Assembly: GCF_000281045.1 (NCBI RefSeq) | Contig: NW_008246083.1 | Span: 632,186 to 696,185 of the forward strand | From: Saprolegnia diclina VS20 | Lineage: Eukaryota | DNA: 64,000 bases | Direction of reading: 5' to 3' | Shown: piece after piece, positions 12,220-24,368 of the stretch | Numbering within the stretch: the stretch's first letter is position 1 | How the letters are laid out: each line of letters opens with the position of its first letter | Translations under genes and position numbers: made by a program | The notes under the pieces: model-generated | Database searches by the model: none | Seen by the model: only the letters and a program-made list of their open reading frames with translations | Told to the model about the DNA's origin: nothing

Positions 12220-12606
12220 ATGCCGACGCCGTGCGCGATCAGCGACTGCGCCAAGTTTGCCAAGGTCCACGCTCTCTGCCTCGTGCACGCGCGCGTCCTC
12301 TCGCTCGTTGCATCGACCGCCACGTCGCCGACCACATGCACCAAGACGCACCGCCTCTGCAGCGAGCGCGGCTGCGCGTCGCATGCGCGCCGGCTTGGCA
12401 AGTGCTCTCGCCATGGCGGCGCCAGACTATGCAGCGTGCATGGGTGCGCGACGCCGGCGCAAACCACCGGCAAATGCCGGCTCCACGGCGGTGGCACGCT
12501 CTGCAAGCAGCTCGGCTGCACGTCATTTGCACGCACAGGCGGCTGGTGCGCACCCCACGCGCGGTCCCACCGCACTCCTCTCAACTCGGTCGCGAGCGAT
12601 TCGTAA
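12220..12606 (+). CDS. WRKY19-like zinc-finger repeat protein, subfamily A
   Basis: Repeats C-x4-C-x8/9-C-x2-H(GG): CSRHGG, CATPAQTTGKCRLHGGG, CKQLGCTSFAR. Confidence 0.85.
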   Translation: MPTPCAISDCAKFAKVHALCLVHARVLSLVASTATSPTTCTKTHRLCSERGCASHARRLGKCSRHGGARLCSVHGCATPAQTTGKCRLHGGGTLCKQLGCTSFARTGGWCAPHARSHRTPLNSVASDS

Positions 12607-13594
12607 CACGCATAACGTATATTCCATGCGCTCTCGGGTGTGTTGGAGCTACGAGCATGCTGCTCAACGGAGAACTGGGCGGAGATCTTGTATGTATTTA
12701 GCTCCTGCTGGCTCTCGCTGCAAGCTCTCGCTGCATGTACAGAGCGTCAGCGCATGGTCGCAGGCTGCGGTTGACTGTCGTGACAAGCAAACGACCAAGC
12801 TGCGAGCCTAGGCTGGGTGGTGCATACGCCAAGTCGCATCAGTCGCATGGTCTCGTCGCGGTTACACAGTGGCGGCGCATCGTGAGTCGTGAATCGAGCA
12901 TACTCGCTATTTACATCGATACCTAGCATGTTTTCTAATGCTCGGCAGTTACACCACCAACCGACGCCACAGTCAGCCCCCCCACGCGGATCGCGTGAGG
13001 TTTCGATACAATGATTCACGTGTTGCTCTGCCTGTGGATCGCGTGAGGTTCGCTCAACTGCCGGCTTGAAGGTTTGCTGTTTTTAAAGGGATGGGGACAC
13101 TTGCATGCCGCTCAACCAGACGACATAGCCTCTCGAAACTATACAGTTAGTAGTTTAGCTCGTAGTTCCTTCCGCAATCACGACTTGGTAGATGCCGTAT
13201 GTTTGATTTCCAGTCAAGCGACAGACAAAAGCAATCGAGCAATCATGCTCTTTGCGTTTACGAGGCAAAAAATCCGTCCCGCTGAAACGGCCGGCGCCTC
13301 TGGTTGTGCCACGTACGCCATGTACAAGGTTCTTCTGCCCTTTTGAAGCTCGATTTCTTGGGAGGTATGCACGGCTTGGAGGTGCGAGATCCAAGTAATC
13401 TTCGGGCTCGCCACAGCTTGCCTTTGATGCAGCGATATGCCGCGAAAAGTGCGGTGGATTCGACGTCGATGGCGTTTTTTGGGTTGACATAACTCGAGCT
13501 CGCAGCAGTCACATCAACCATTTTGTATTTTTAGCTCCTTCACGGAACACCGTTGTGTCATTCAACATAAATCCTTGTGGCCAAAACGTCGGGT

Positions 13595-14074
13595 ATGCCT
13601 GCACTGTGCGCACTCGGCAGCTGCATCAAGTTCGGCAAGGTCCACGGGCTCTGCCTCTTGCACTACCGTATGCAGTGTATCGTGCAAAAGGCTACGGCGC
13701 TGCGGCATGCCAGTGCGAGCTGCCACGCCGGGTACTCGTCGGACGAGACCAATTCGACGAGCAGCCGTGCCGAGCCACGGTCGCTGCTGCCGTCGACCAA
13801 GCCCAACAGCAAGAACCGCAAGTGCAAAGTCGACGGGTGCTCCTCCTGCGCGCGGCGGTACGGCCTCTGCTCACGCCACGGCGGCTCCAAGCTCTGCGGC
13901 GTCGACGGCTGCTCGACGCCGGCGCAAACAGGAGGCCGATGCCGCGCGCACGGCGGCGGCACGCTCTGCAAAGCCAATGGCTGCGCCTCGTTTGCCCGCT
14001 TTCAAGGACTCTGTAGCGTGCACTCGAACGGTGTACGACCACACAGCAACGACCGTTCGTTCCCGCCGTGCTAA
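13595..14074 (+). CDS. WRKY19-like zinc-finger repeat protein, subfamily A
   Basis: CIKFGKVHGLCLLH...CKVDGCSSCARRYGLCSRHGGSKLCGVDGCSTPAQTGGRCRAHGGGTLCKANGCASFAR. Confidence 0.88.
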   Translation: MPALCALGSCIKFGKVHGLCLLHYRMQCIVQKATALRHASASCHAGYSSDETNSTSSRAEPRSLLPSTKPNSKNRKCKVDGCSSCARRYGLCSRHGGSKLCGVDGCSTPAQTGGRCRAHGGGTLCKANGCASFARFQGLCSVHSNGVRPHSNDRSFPPC

Positions 14075-14474
14075 CTAGTGCATTCGACTGTTAAGCTATA
14101 TGAAACACGTCTCTTGTCGTACGCGCTTGAACGTGTTCTATGTGCGGGCGCTCGTCCTCACAGCGCGGTGCTGCGTGTCGACGCCCAGAGATCGCTCTGC
14201 TTCAGATTCAACCATGTATCGCGTAATCCGAGCTGCTGAGACTGCTCGACACTCCCACGAAACGTCAAGCCGTTCCGCTGCCGTTGGTGGCTGGCGGTAT
14301 GCCTACTGGAGATCAGCGGACCAGCGTCGACCTCTCAGTGCTGCGGCTCACATGACGCTTTATAAAAGCAGCGGGCTATAGAACTTGAAGTGGGTCGTGG
14401 CACACCATGTCCTACATTTTCGAAGGTGCTGCACTGCAGAGCAGCAGATCCAAACTTGCAGTCAGCTCCGTATA

Positions 14475-15092
14475 ATGGCGTCGACCGTGAACCTGACCGA
14501 GCGTCTCCCGAACGCCAACCTCAAGGTCGCCACCGTCGGAGCTATACGATCTGATATAGTTTACTCTAGGCTACCTACTGCCCGCAACCGACCACGACGC
14601 GTGGCGCCCCCACCGTCCTCGGCGTGCACCCGAAGGAGCCCAAGATCATCTACTGCTCCGGGAAGCTTGTCGTGATCCGCGACCTCGAAAACCCTGCCAA
14701 CTGCCTTATCTACCAAGGCCACAACAGCCCGACGACGGCTGCCAAGATCTCGCCCAATGGCTACTGGGTCGCCTCGGCCGACATGTCGGGCAAGGTCCGC
14801 GTCTGGTACATCTTGGTCAGCATGACAAGCCTTGACAACGGTGACGCTCATTAGGTCGTATGACAACCCGGAACACACGCTCAAGGTCGAGGTGCCGGTG
14901 TTTGCTGGCGAAGTCAAGGACTTGAGATGGGACCCGGACAGCAAGCGCATCGTCGCTGTCGGTGATGGCCGTACGCTCCTCGCTCGCGTACGCCTCCACT
15001 TTCGGGCCAAATGCGTCAACTTACGTGTTGCCAATAGGTCTTTATGTGGGACACGGGCAACAGCATTGGTGAAATCGCGGGTCACCACAAAC
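14475..15092 (+). pseudogene. AIP1: Actin-interacting protein 1 (AIP1/WDR1) 5' fragment, apparently truncated
   Basis: Spliced ATYCPQPTTTRG...AKISPNGYWVASADMSGKVRVW...KDLRWDPDSKRIVAVGDG...FMWDTGNSIGEIAGHHK; similarity stops there, far short of a two-propeller AIP1. Confidence 0.7.
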
Positions 15093-16729
15093 TACTTGTA
15101 GAGTCTCACTGTAGCAATTGCACGTCGAGCTCCGTCTTTCGAACTCGACACCTCTTGAGGCTCACGAGTGGCAAGCGTCGTTGCAGGACTCATTTTTGCT
15201 GTCGCGACGATTCCGTTTTTCCGCCGGCGTCACGCTCTAGGGCATTTGGATCCCCTTTGTTGCATGCTGGTCGTTCCAGAGACCCGTACAGCACACCCAC
15301 TGAACGCTTCGTGTGCCCTACGACATCAGGACTTGAAGAATAATCATTTGTATATTTTCTTGCTCACAGCCCAGCGCGCCGGGCGCGTCTTTGGCGCGTG
15401 GAGTGATTTCTTCTTGGCACCGTCAATGTCACGATCGTTTCATTTTCCCAGTGCAATTCTTCGTTTCGCCGCGCAAGATTTTCCTTTGTCTCGCATTTTG
15501 CTACGTAGTTAATGCGCTTCACAGCGCTTTGGCCGCGCTTGTGCTCGGCTCGAATATGTACATCTACTCTGGCCTCGCTCGTCCACAAGGTTGTGCTGCA
15601 CACCTCGCGGAAGCGCCTACGTTCGAGTCGAACGGCTCAACGGTAGTCTGCATCTCCGCCACAACGCAAAAGCTAGTCAAATGTTCCATGCGCATGCCGC
15701 ACTGATCAGCCGTATATCTAGAAGACGCTGAGCCGGAAGTTTCTGCGCCGAGTTGATTGTTTGTTCAACGTAGTCGTTTTGTCACCCAGCTTGAAACGTC
15801 GATTCTTCGACCGAGATAGCGAAACGAAAGGAGTGATCTTGTCAGTGTTGGCATGCTTGTAGCCAAGTGCTTTAACCAGCAAAAGCTGGCGGCGATGATG
15901 TCACACAGCCTTTTCTTCTTACACGCCGACGAGTATCGGCTGAAATGACGAGGTGGAGCATAAAAAGTGTGATGCGGTATCCGAGACCTTTGAATATGCT
16001 TACAATTGACATGTAGCTTCTCGACATACTTGCGTCACTTGGTTGTCGCACGCTGAAGTCTGGTACAACCACCTCTTCTATCCAGCACTAGAAGGACGGC
16101 CGAGTCCACCCATCTGTGAGTGCCATCGCTATTGGTTCCCACTTGCAACAACCTGAACGAGAATGCAAGCGATCGCGGGTCGCTACCTTGGCCGTTGGCA
16201 CAGGCGGACTCTACTAAGCTTTCTTCCGCCCCCTTATGCGTCGCATGAAGTTTGCAGCCGACACAAAACCGTTTGATTGGCTCACTGACTGACCAATGAA
16301 ATGGCGTCAAATGGATCTTGGCGGCCAGCTGCAATGGTTCATGGACCGCGCCGCAAGGTGGGCCGACGGCAAATTAGTCAACTCCCTGCGCGTACCGTAC
16401 ATTGCAGACATACCATAGATCCCTGCACGTCCCACCTCTCAATGCGTGTCATGAGATCGACCCCAAATGATCGCTGTACCCAATAGAAAGCATCGCGATT
16501 ACGGCCCGTCATCCAAGCGTAATGGCAACTCGGTTTTGCGATCAGTATTCTTCAAGAGGGTATCTCCACCACGGTCTCGCCCGATCCTGCTGCTTGCCCA
16601 CAGGCGCGTGCCACAGAACGTCGAGGCGGAAACGATCTATCACGGATGAGCAATCGTCGTCCCACGGCGCCGGCAGTTTATGCCCAACGGCCAATGGCGT
16701 TGAGCACACGTGAGCATTTCGAAATTGCA

Positions 16730-17191
16730 ATGCCACGCCGCTGTGCCATCGAGCGCTGTACGCGCTACGCCAAGGTCGACCAGCTCTGCCTCCTCCACGG
16801 GCGACTGCAGAGCATTCGCCGCCAAGCACGCACGCACGTCGCGTCTAGCCCCATGAGCATCGTACGCCTTTGTTCTATCACATTCCACAACTGAACCTCT
16901 CTCTTGCAGACCATTTCCTGGGACATGCTCCACCAAGTCCAGCCCAGCCGCATGTGTCGAGCGCCCGGGTGCACGTCGTACGCGCGGCGGCGAGGTCGGT
17001 GCTCGCGCCACGGCGGTGCCAAGCCGTGTGCAGTCCACGAGTGCCAAACCCCCGCGCAGACTGGCGGTCATTGCCGCGCCCACGGAGGCGGCAAGCACTG
17101 CAAAGCGGTCGGGTGCGATGCATTTGCTCGCTATCAAGGCTGCTGCTCTCGCCACGCGACACCGCGGGAGCCGAGCTACCCCACTTTATAG
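16730..17191 (+). CDS. WRKY19-like zinc-finger repeat protein, subfamily A (intron 16862-16909)
   Basis: MPRRCAIERCTRYAKVDQLCLLH... joined in frame via a GTACGC..TTGCAG intron to CRAPGCTSYARRRGRCSRHGG...TPAQTGGHCRAHGGG. Confidence 0.85.
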
Positions 17192-17604
17192 CTAGAATAC
17201 ATTTCTTGTATGTCTCCATCTTTGTCAAAGGGTCGGCCAGGCGTCACTTGACGCGGGTGGCACATCGCAGGCCAATCGAGTCGCCAACGAAGGGTCGCCT
17301 GAAACCCCAGCGACCAGAGCAGCTCCGTCGTCCCACAGAAGAAGCATCGACGTCGGCGACCACGTTTTGGCTACGCGAGCAATGACAGAATCGCAGAGCA
17401 TCGTAGAACAAGCGCAGTGAAAGCTCTCGTGTAAAGGGCGTACCCACAGCTCTCCCTGTCCAGGGACCTTTCGATCGCGGGACGAGACAGGCTTCGTACC
17501 ACGTGGCTAGACCCGTTGTTATTGGCGCCTATTTCAAGCACCGCAGTTTCAACGCCTGCGTACGCGGCGCCTTCGATATCATTTGTCCTTTGGCGCTGAC
17601 GCAA

Positions 17605-17997
17605 ATGTTGCTCTTGTGCGCCGTCGACTGCTGCACGCGGTTTGCCAAGGACGGGACGTGCTGCCTCATTCACAGCAGAGCGAGATCCCCAGCGTCCACC
17701 AGCCCACCGAGCCATATGACGCGCCTGACCAAGAAGATCACACATGTGAGTCGCGCATGCAAAGAGCCCGGGTGCTACTCGTATGCGCGGCGCCTCGGCC
17801 GGTGTTCGCGCCATGGCGGCGTCAACGCGTGCGACGTCGATGGCTGCTTGACGCCCGCGCAGTCGCGCGGCCGCTGCCGCATGCACGGTGGCGGCACCCT
17901 TTGCAAGACCACCGGCTGTGACGCGTTTGCCCGCTTCAAGGGCCATTGCTCGAAACACACACAGCAGCGCCGAACGCGAAGCACCGCTGCTGCCTAG
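17605..17997 (+). CDS. WRKY19-like zinc-finger repeat protein, subfamily A
   Basis: CAVDCCTRFAKDGTCCLIH...CKEPGCYSYARRLGRCSRHGG...TPAQSRGRCRMHGGGTLCKTTGCDAFAR. Confidence 0.87.
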   Translation: MLLLCAVDCCTRFAKDGTCCLIHSRARSPASTSPPSHMTRLTKKITHVSRACKEPGCYSYARRLGRCSRHGGVNACDVDGCLTPAQSRGRCRMHGGGTLCKTTGCDAFARFKGHCSKHTQQRRTRSTAAA

Positions 17998-18003
17998 TAC
18001 TCG

Positions 18004-18903
18004 TAGCTCCTTTATATGTACAAGTATGTCTTCAGATGCCCATCGTTTCGCGTGTCCTACGAGTTGAGCTCGCACGATGTGCATACTACTAGTGCGGCTT
18101 GGGGCCGCCATGCGAGGCCTTGAAACCGGTGCAGCATACCTTCCATACTTGCAAGCTGCATATTGTCCAGTCCCAGCGTATCGCCCTAACNNNNNNNNNN
18201 NNNNNNNNNNNNNNNNNNNNNNNNNNNNNNNNNNNNNNNNNNNNNNNNNNNNNNNNNNNNNNNNNNNNNNNNNNNNNNNNNNNNNNNNNNNNNNNNNNNN
18301 NNNNNNNNNNNNNNNNNNNNNNNNNNNNNNNNNNNNNNNNNNNNNNNNNNNNNNNNNNNNNNNNNNNNNNNNNNNNNNNNNNNNNNNNNNNNNNNNNNNN
18401 NNNNNNNNNNNNNNNNNNNNNNNNNNNNNNNNNNNNNNNNNNNNNNNNNNNNNNNNNNNNNNNNNNNNNNNNNNNNNNNNNNNNNNNNNNNNNNNNNNNN
18501 NNNNNNNNNNNNNNNNNNNNNNNNNNNNNNNNNNNNNNNNNNNNNNNNNNNNNNNNNNNNNNNNNNNNNNNNNNNNNNNNNNNNNNNNNNNNNNNNNNNN
18601 NNNNNNNNNNNNNNNNNNNNNNNNNNNNNNATGGCCCTGCGGGCGTCGCGGCAAGCCGCTCCGCCTAAGGCACCAGGTGCCCTTGGAATGGCGTCACCCA
18701 AATCCAGCCAAAAAATAGCTTGTTTATATGTACAAGTATGTCTTCAGATGGCCATCGTTTCGCGTGTCCTACGAGGCGTTGCTCGCACGATATGCATACT
18801 ACTAGTGTGGCTTGGGGCCGCCATGCGAGGCCTTGAAACCGGTGCAGCATACCTTCCATACTTGCAAGCTGCATATTGTCCAGTCCCAGCGTATCGCCCT
18901 AAC
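18004..18903 (+). repeat. ~185-bp direct repeat (18004-18190 and 18716-18903) flanking an assembly gap
   Basis: TTTATATGTACAAGTATGTCTTCAGATG...CAGCGTATCGCCCTAAC occurs twice with a few substitutions/indels. Confidence 0.9.
18191..18630. other. Assembly gap
   Basis: Run of N. Confidence 1.
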
Positions 18904-19849
18904 GTTACCCCTAAATGCAATCACCGGGATGTGGCTTACGACCGCTTGGATAACACAGCTCAGCCTTTTACAGGTCAGATTGTCATTGTACGAGCAAACG
19001 AAGCCGACTCGATGGAGTCGGATACAATTAAATTCTTGTGGATTTTCGATGAAATTCTAGCGGATTCTATTCCTATTGAAATTGTAGTGGATTCAATCCG
19101 GCCTTTGAATGCACGTATGTGACTGCTTACGACACTCGGTCGCATGCGAGATGCTGAGCTCCTACGCAACACAACCTGTTGCAACTGCGATGCGACGCTA
19201 TCGAGCGGGGGCTCACCACTTTGCGTCGTCGCACGCATGCGGTGGACCAAAAAGAGGCCCTCAGAGGTGGCGTTCACCCGACACTCTTCTAGACCTCCGC
19301 CCTATATTAGCAGTGCGTATCGAGCAAGATTTCGCCCAGCTCAGCGACACAGAATTCAAGAGACAACCCCTCGCAGCGACAAGACCTGCTATGTATGCAC
19401 CCTCCGAGACAAGCGGCTCATCACCTCTGTCCGCCCTTGACGGACGACTTTGTTTCCCCAACCAGGTCCCCAACACTGTCTCGGACCGCGTTATAGCGCT
19501 CTTCTATAAACAATTCCATAACTATTATTATATTGTCCGAACTCGTTATAATTGCACAAAGGACTACGGAGCACGAAGACATGTCGTTGGTGCCTTTGGC
19601 CGACACACTCGTAACTCGGGAACAAATGCGCGCGTAATTCCGGTCGTTTGCCGTATAAACCTCTAGAAACGTATCCGCACGCTATAAATACACGCGCGTT
19701 TTTTTAAATACCACGCCGATCGCTATATAAAACGTGCACATTGCCCTGCAAAACGCAAATTACTCACGATTGACGCCACTGCGACGTCACGCAATATCGA
19801 GTTTGAGAGGGTTCCCCTACCCGAACTTTCAACAACGGGATTTCGCAGC

Positions 19850-22800
19850 ATGGCCGACGCGCCCAAGGCCAAGACGCGGCCCGGGTCCGTCCCCGCGATC
19901 CCGGCCATCCACACGCTCCTCATGGACGAGCCGACGGTGGTCTCGCGCAACTCGGCGCCGGCCGCCCTGCTCGAGGACCTCGTGCCATCGCCGCCGTCGT
20001 CGTCGCGGACGCCGTCGTCGTACGCCGAGTCGCCATCGCGCATGACCGCGGCCGAGAAGATCGCGCAGGGCTCTGGCCTCGTGGGCAGCTCGACCGAGAT
20101 CAGCGCGATTGGGCTCGCGGGCTTTCTCAACATGCGCGAGCATGGCCCGGGCATCCACCGCATGAAGCGGTACTACTGCCGGCTCGTCGGCGTCCTCGTG
20201 TACCGCTTCTACACGAAGGAGATGTCGCGCGACCTCTCGAACGCGCACATGGAGGCCGAGGTCCAGCGCATCGACGACTGGGACGGGAAGGGCATGATGC
20301 ATCTGTACCGGAACGCGTTCCGGTTTGTGACGTCCCAAGCAACGTTCAACGTGGCGGCCGACAGCGAGAGCGAGAAGCAGCTCTGGACGCAGTATGCGAT
20401 CGAGGCCATTGACGCAGCGCAGCTCCAGATGCGCGACGCGGCGCTGCTGCCGCAGTCGCAGTCGCTCCTCGCGGCGTCGCCCGGCGGCCTCACGCTCATC
20501 CGCCCGAACAAGGAGAAGGAAAAACCACCGAAATTCAAGGGGTCGCCCACGTGCGCGCACCCCAAGTGCACAGTGCGCTTTGACAACACGAAGCGCCAGC
20601 ACCACTGCCGCAACTGCGGCGACAGTCTCTGCTCGGACCACAGCTACCACTTTGCGCCGCTGCCGCACTTGCCGACGCTCACGGGGCCGCAGCGGCAATG
20701 CACGCGCTGCTTCCGCGTGCACCGGTTCATCCAGCTCCTCCGCTGCGTGCTCCAAGTCTTTGTCAAGAACCGCCACATGCGCAATGCACCGCGCCTCTCG
20801 CAGCGCAAGCCCAAGCTGTCGAGCGAAGACATGGCGATGCTGCAGACGGTCCAAGAAGCGATCAACGAGCCCGACTTTGGCGTCTCGGACGCAATCCAGG
20901 CGCTGCATCTGCACCGAAAGGACGCCGACGAGGTCTACCGCGTCATTGTCCAAAAGCTGCTGACGCTCAGCGCGTCACACATGCCCGACTTTGAGTTTTT
21001 CCTGCCGCAGCTCTTTCACCTCTGGGCGTCCACCGAGTACGACGCCCACATCGTCAAGTGGACGCTTCTGTTGCGGCTTCTCATGACGGCAGCGACGTAC
21101 CACGTGCGCCTTGCGACCTCGATTCACTGGCTCATGCGCGCGACGATCGACGACTCGTGCGGCTGGGGCTTTGGCCAGTCGGAACTCAGCATCCCCGAGT
21201 ACCTCAAGAACCGGTTCGCGCCGTCCAAGCTCGCCCTCTTCAATTTGCACATGCTGGTCCCTTTGATTTTGACTGATGGAAAAGATTTGACGTGGTTTTG
21301 GTAGATCAACCACCAAGACGGCGCCCATGCGTTTGTGTTTACGCCCGACACGGACCTGCGCACGATGCCGATCCAGACGGACCTCATCCAGACGTACTTT
21401 GACCGGCTCCTGGCGCTGCAGCAGTACGACGAAGGGCTGAACGCGGTGACGCCGGACTTTCTGCCCTCGCCCGCGCGGTTCTTTCCTGCAGCGACGCCGT
21501 CCAACGGCAGTAGCTCGCTCAGCACCAACAGCGCGCTCCTCCTCGGGCCGATTTACGCGGGCGTCGCCAACTGCGTGCTGCCGTGCGACTGGTCGTTCCC
21601 GTCGTTGAGCAAGATGAAGGTGACACCGCGCCACCCGTCAATGGAGCAGAGCGTGTTTGCGACGCAGCTCAAGTTTATCGACGGCCTCGGCGAAGTGGCC
21701 GAGGCGCTTCGCTTCCTTCCGCCAAAGAACCGGAAGGAGGCGCTGCCCGAAGAGCTCGCCAAGCTGACGCTGCCCGACCACGCGTTCTACCCGTTGGGCA
21801 CGTGCGACGAACCGCTCCAGCGCCTCGTGTCGATCTGCCTCACGGAAGGCGCGGTGTTTACGACAAAGGCGCGCGCCCCGACCATGGTGTGGTTTGAAGT
21901 CGAGAACCTTCCGGTCGTCCCCGAAACGCTCTGGCTCACGCCCGCGCAGTCGATGCTGACGGACGAAGAGAAGGAGTCGGCCGCGCTGCCGCCGCCGGTC
22001 TCGTCGTCGCTCGGACACGATGAGATTGGCCAAGTGCTTCGCCACGACAACATTATGAGCAGCTTGCACCGCATCGAGGCAGTCCAGCCCCTCTCAGAAG
22101 AAGACGAGGAAGACGATGAGAGTGTCGACGGCAGCGTCGACATGAGCATGGCCCACGCGCCGCCCGCTCACCCGCTCAACCTCGGCAGCAGCGGCCGCAT
22201 GCGCCGGTCCGGTAGTCTCTGCAGCAGCGGCAACCCGCTCCATTTGGAGCAGCTCATCCAGGTGCTGGACGAGCCGCCGAAAAGCAGCGTGACGGTACGC
22301 GGCTCTCTTCCTCGTGGATAGATTGTCAACGGATTCGCGTGTGTAGGAAAAAGGGCGGTCCAAGTCGGACAGCTTCCAGCGGCAGCGCGGCAGCATTCGC
22401 CTCGATCTGATGCCGACGGACGCGGAGAAGCCGACGTACGAGCAGCTGGAGACGATCGCGATGAAGATGATGGCTTTCTTCCTCTCCAAGCCGCCGAAAG
22501 CGCCGGCAAGCAAAGACAACAGCTCCAAGGCGAGCGATACGACGCCGCCAGTGTCCCAAACAGTCGTGCTCGGGCGCATCACGGTCGAAGCGATCGCCGC
22601 GCGCATGGGGCTCCACGTGCAGCCGTACGAAGACGTCTACTCGTTTACAGGTCGCGAGTGCATCGAGTGGATGCAGTCGTCGGGCATTTCGCACAATGAA
22701 GCGCACGCGCTCTGGCTCGGGAGCGAGCTCCTCACGAACGAACTCATCGAGCCCGGTAGGACTGGATGGCTTGTTGGTCGGCCTCGACTTATGCGATGTG

Positions 22801-24232
22801 TCTAGTCACCGTGACGCACCATGACGAGCCGGTGCTCTTCACGAACGACGCGACCACGCTCTTTGTGTGCACAGTCAAGCCCGAAGACGGCGGCAACTCG
22901 GCGTCGACCATTTTGCATACGAAGCGGGGCACCACGAGTCGCTTTACGAGCGTCACGAACGCCAACCGGTCGCTCGAGCGCGAAGACACGGACGTGAGCG
23001 AGCTCGTCACGGGCTTTGATCGCCTTCGGCCCGAGAAGACGCTCGAACTACTCCAGTTTGTCGACTCTGCGATCCTCCGGCACGTGTCGCCCGAGGCGCC
23101 GGACCGCGACGAGACGTTTGCGCAGTGGGAAGAGCTCCAGAGCCAGGTCGAGGCCATGTGCGAGTACATTCGCGAGAAGCGGCGCAACCGGCAGCTCGCG
23201 GTCAAGTCGATGTTTGGCGAAGATTTCGAGTCGAAGCGCAAGCGCCTTCTCGCGTCGTCGAGCTTTGCGTGCCAGTTTCCCGACCATTGGGACTGCAGCG
23301 CGCTCATTGTCAAGTCGAACGACGATCTGCGCCAAGAAGTGCTCTGCCTCCAGCTCATTCGGCAATTCCGCGACATCTTTGCGAGCGCCGAGCTCGACCT
23401 TTGGCTCCTTCCGTACGGCATCATTGCTACGTCGGCGTCGACGGGCATCATCGAAGTCATTCGCAACGCGACGTCGCTCTCGTCGCTCAAGGGCACCCCG
23501 GGGTACGTGAGCCTCAACCAGCACTTTGTACACACATACGGCACGGCCGATACCCCGGCGTACAAGACGGCGATGACCAACTTTGTCAAGTCGATGGCGT
23601 CCTACTCGCTCGTGTGCTACATCTTGCGCATCAAGGACCGGCACAATGGCAACATCATGCTCGACTCGGAGGGCCATCTCATTCACATTGACTATGGTTT
23701 TATCCTCGGCATTCAGCCAGGTACCGTTAAGACCTATAGATCTATCCAAGACTTATAACTATGGCGTAGGTGGCCGCTTCTCGCTCGAGCGCCGCGTGCC
23801 GTTCAAGCTCACAACCGAGATGGTCGACGCGATGGGCGGTAGCCAGTCCGAGTACTTTCGCGAGTACGTGACGCTGCTCATCCAAGGGTTTTTGGCGCTG
23901 CGGGTACTAAGCAAAATTGTCGGACTGTTTCTGACGTCATGTCGATAGCAAAACGTCGACACGATCCTCATGATGATTGCCATCATGGCGCAAGACTCGT
24001 CGTGCCCGTGCTTTCTGCACCGCAACCCGCGGGACATTCTCTTCCAGACCAAGCAGCTCTTTGCGCTCGAGCTCACGCCGGAGCAAGTGATCCCGCACGT
24101 GATGAAGCTCGTCCGGCGCAGTCTCAACAGCTTTGGGTACCGCCGGTACGCTCTTCGCTCTCGCCTGCGGAGGTTGACATTTTTCGTAGATACGACCAGT
24201 TTCAGCACATCACCAACAACATTGTGCCATAG
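19850..24232 (+). CDS. PI4K: Phosphatidylinositol 4-kinase (PI4KIIIbeta/Pik1-like) with PH, FYVE, helical and DEP domains; multi-exon
   Basis: PH-like AGFLNMRE..KRYYCRL..AADSESEKQLW; FYVE RQHHCRNCGDSLC; FEFFLPQL; kinase IVKSNDDLRQE, IKDRHNGNIM, HIDYGF, PFKLT, YDQFQHITNNI. Confidence 0.92.
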
Positions 24233-24294
24233 TCGCCGTAGTTTTGTAGCTCGTTTCAAGGAAAAATGAAGTTTGAATTGCATTTTGTTTCGAC

Positions 24295-24368
24295 CATTCC
24301 TTGGACGGGAAGTTTCCCATTCCTTCCTTCTGCGGGAATTTTCCCTATTCCTTCACGGGAATATTCCC
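24295..24368. repeat. Three tandem degenerate units each containing the palindrome GGGAAnnTTCCC
   Basis: GGGAAGTTTCCC 24307-24318, GGGAATTTTCCC 24334-24345, GGGAATATTCCC 24357-24368, each preceded by ATTCCTT. Confidence 0.75.

Noticed and set aside
17371..18718. Long ORFs running through N gaps (also at 30 kb, 39 kb, 44-45 kb)
   Set aside because: Length is an artefact of Ns containing no stop codons
19829..23749. Long antisense or alternative-frame ORFs over PI4K (and similarly over other genes)
   Set aside because: Expected shadows of GC3-rich coding sequence; no recognisable motifs
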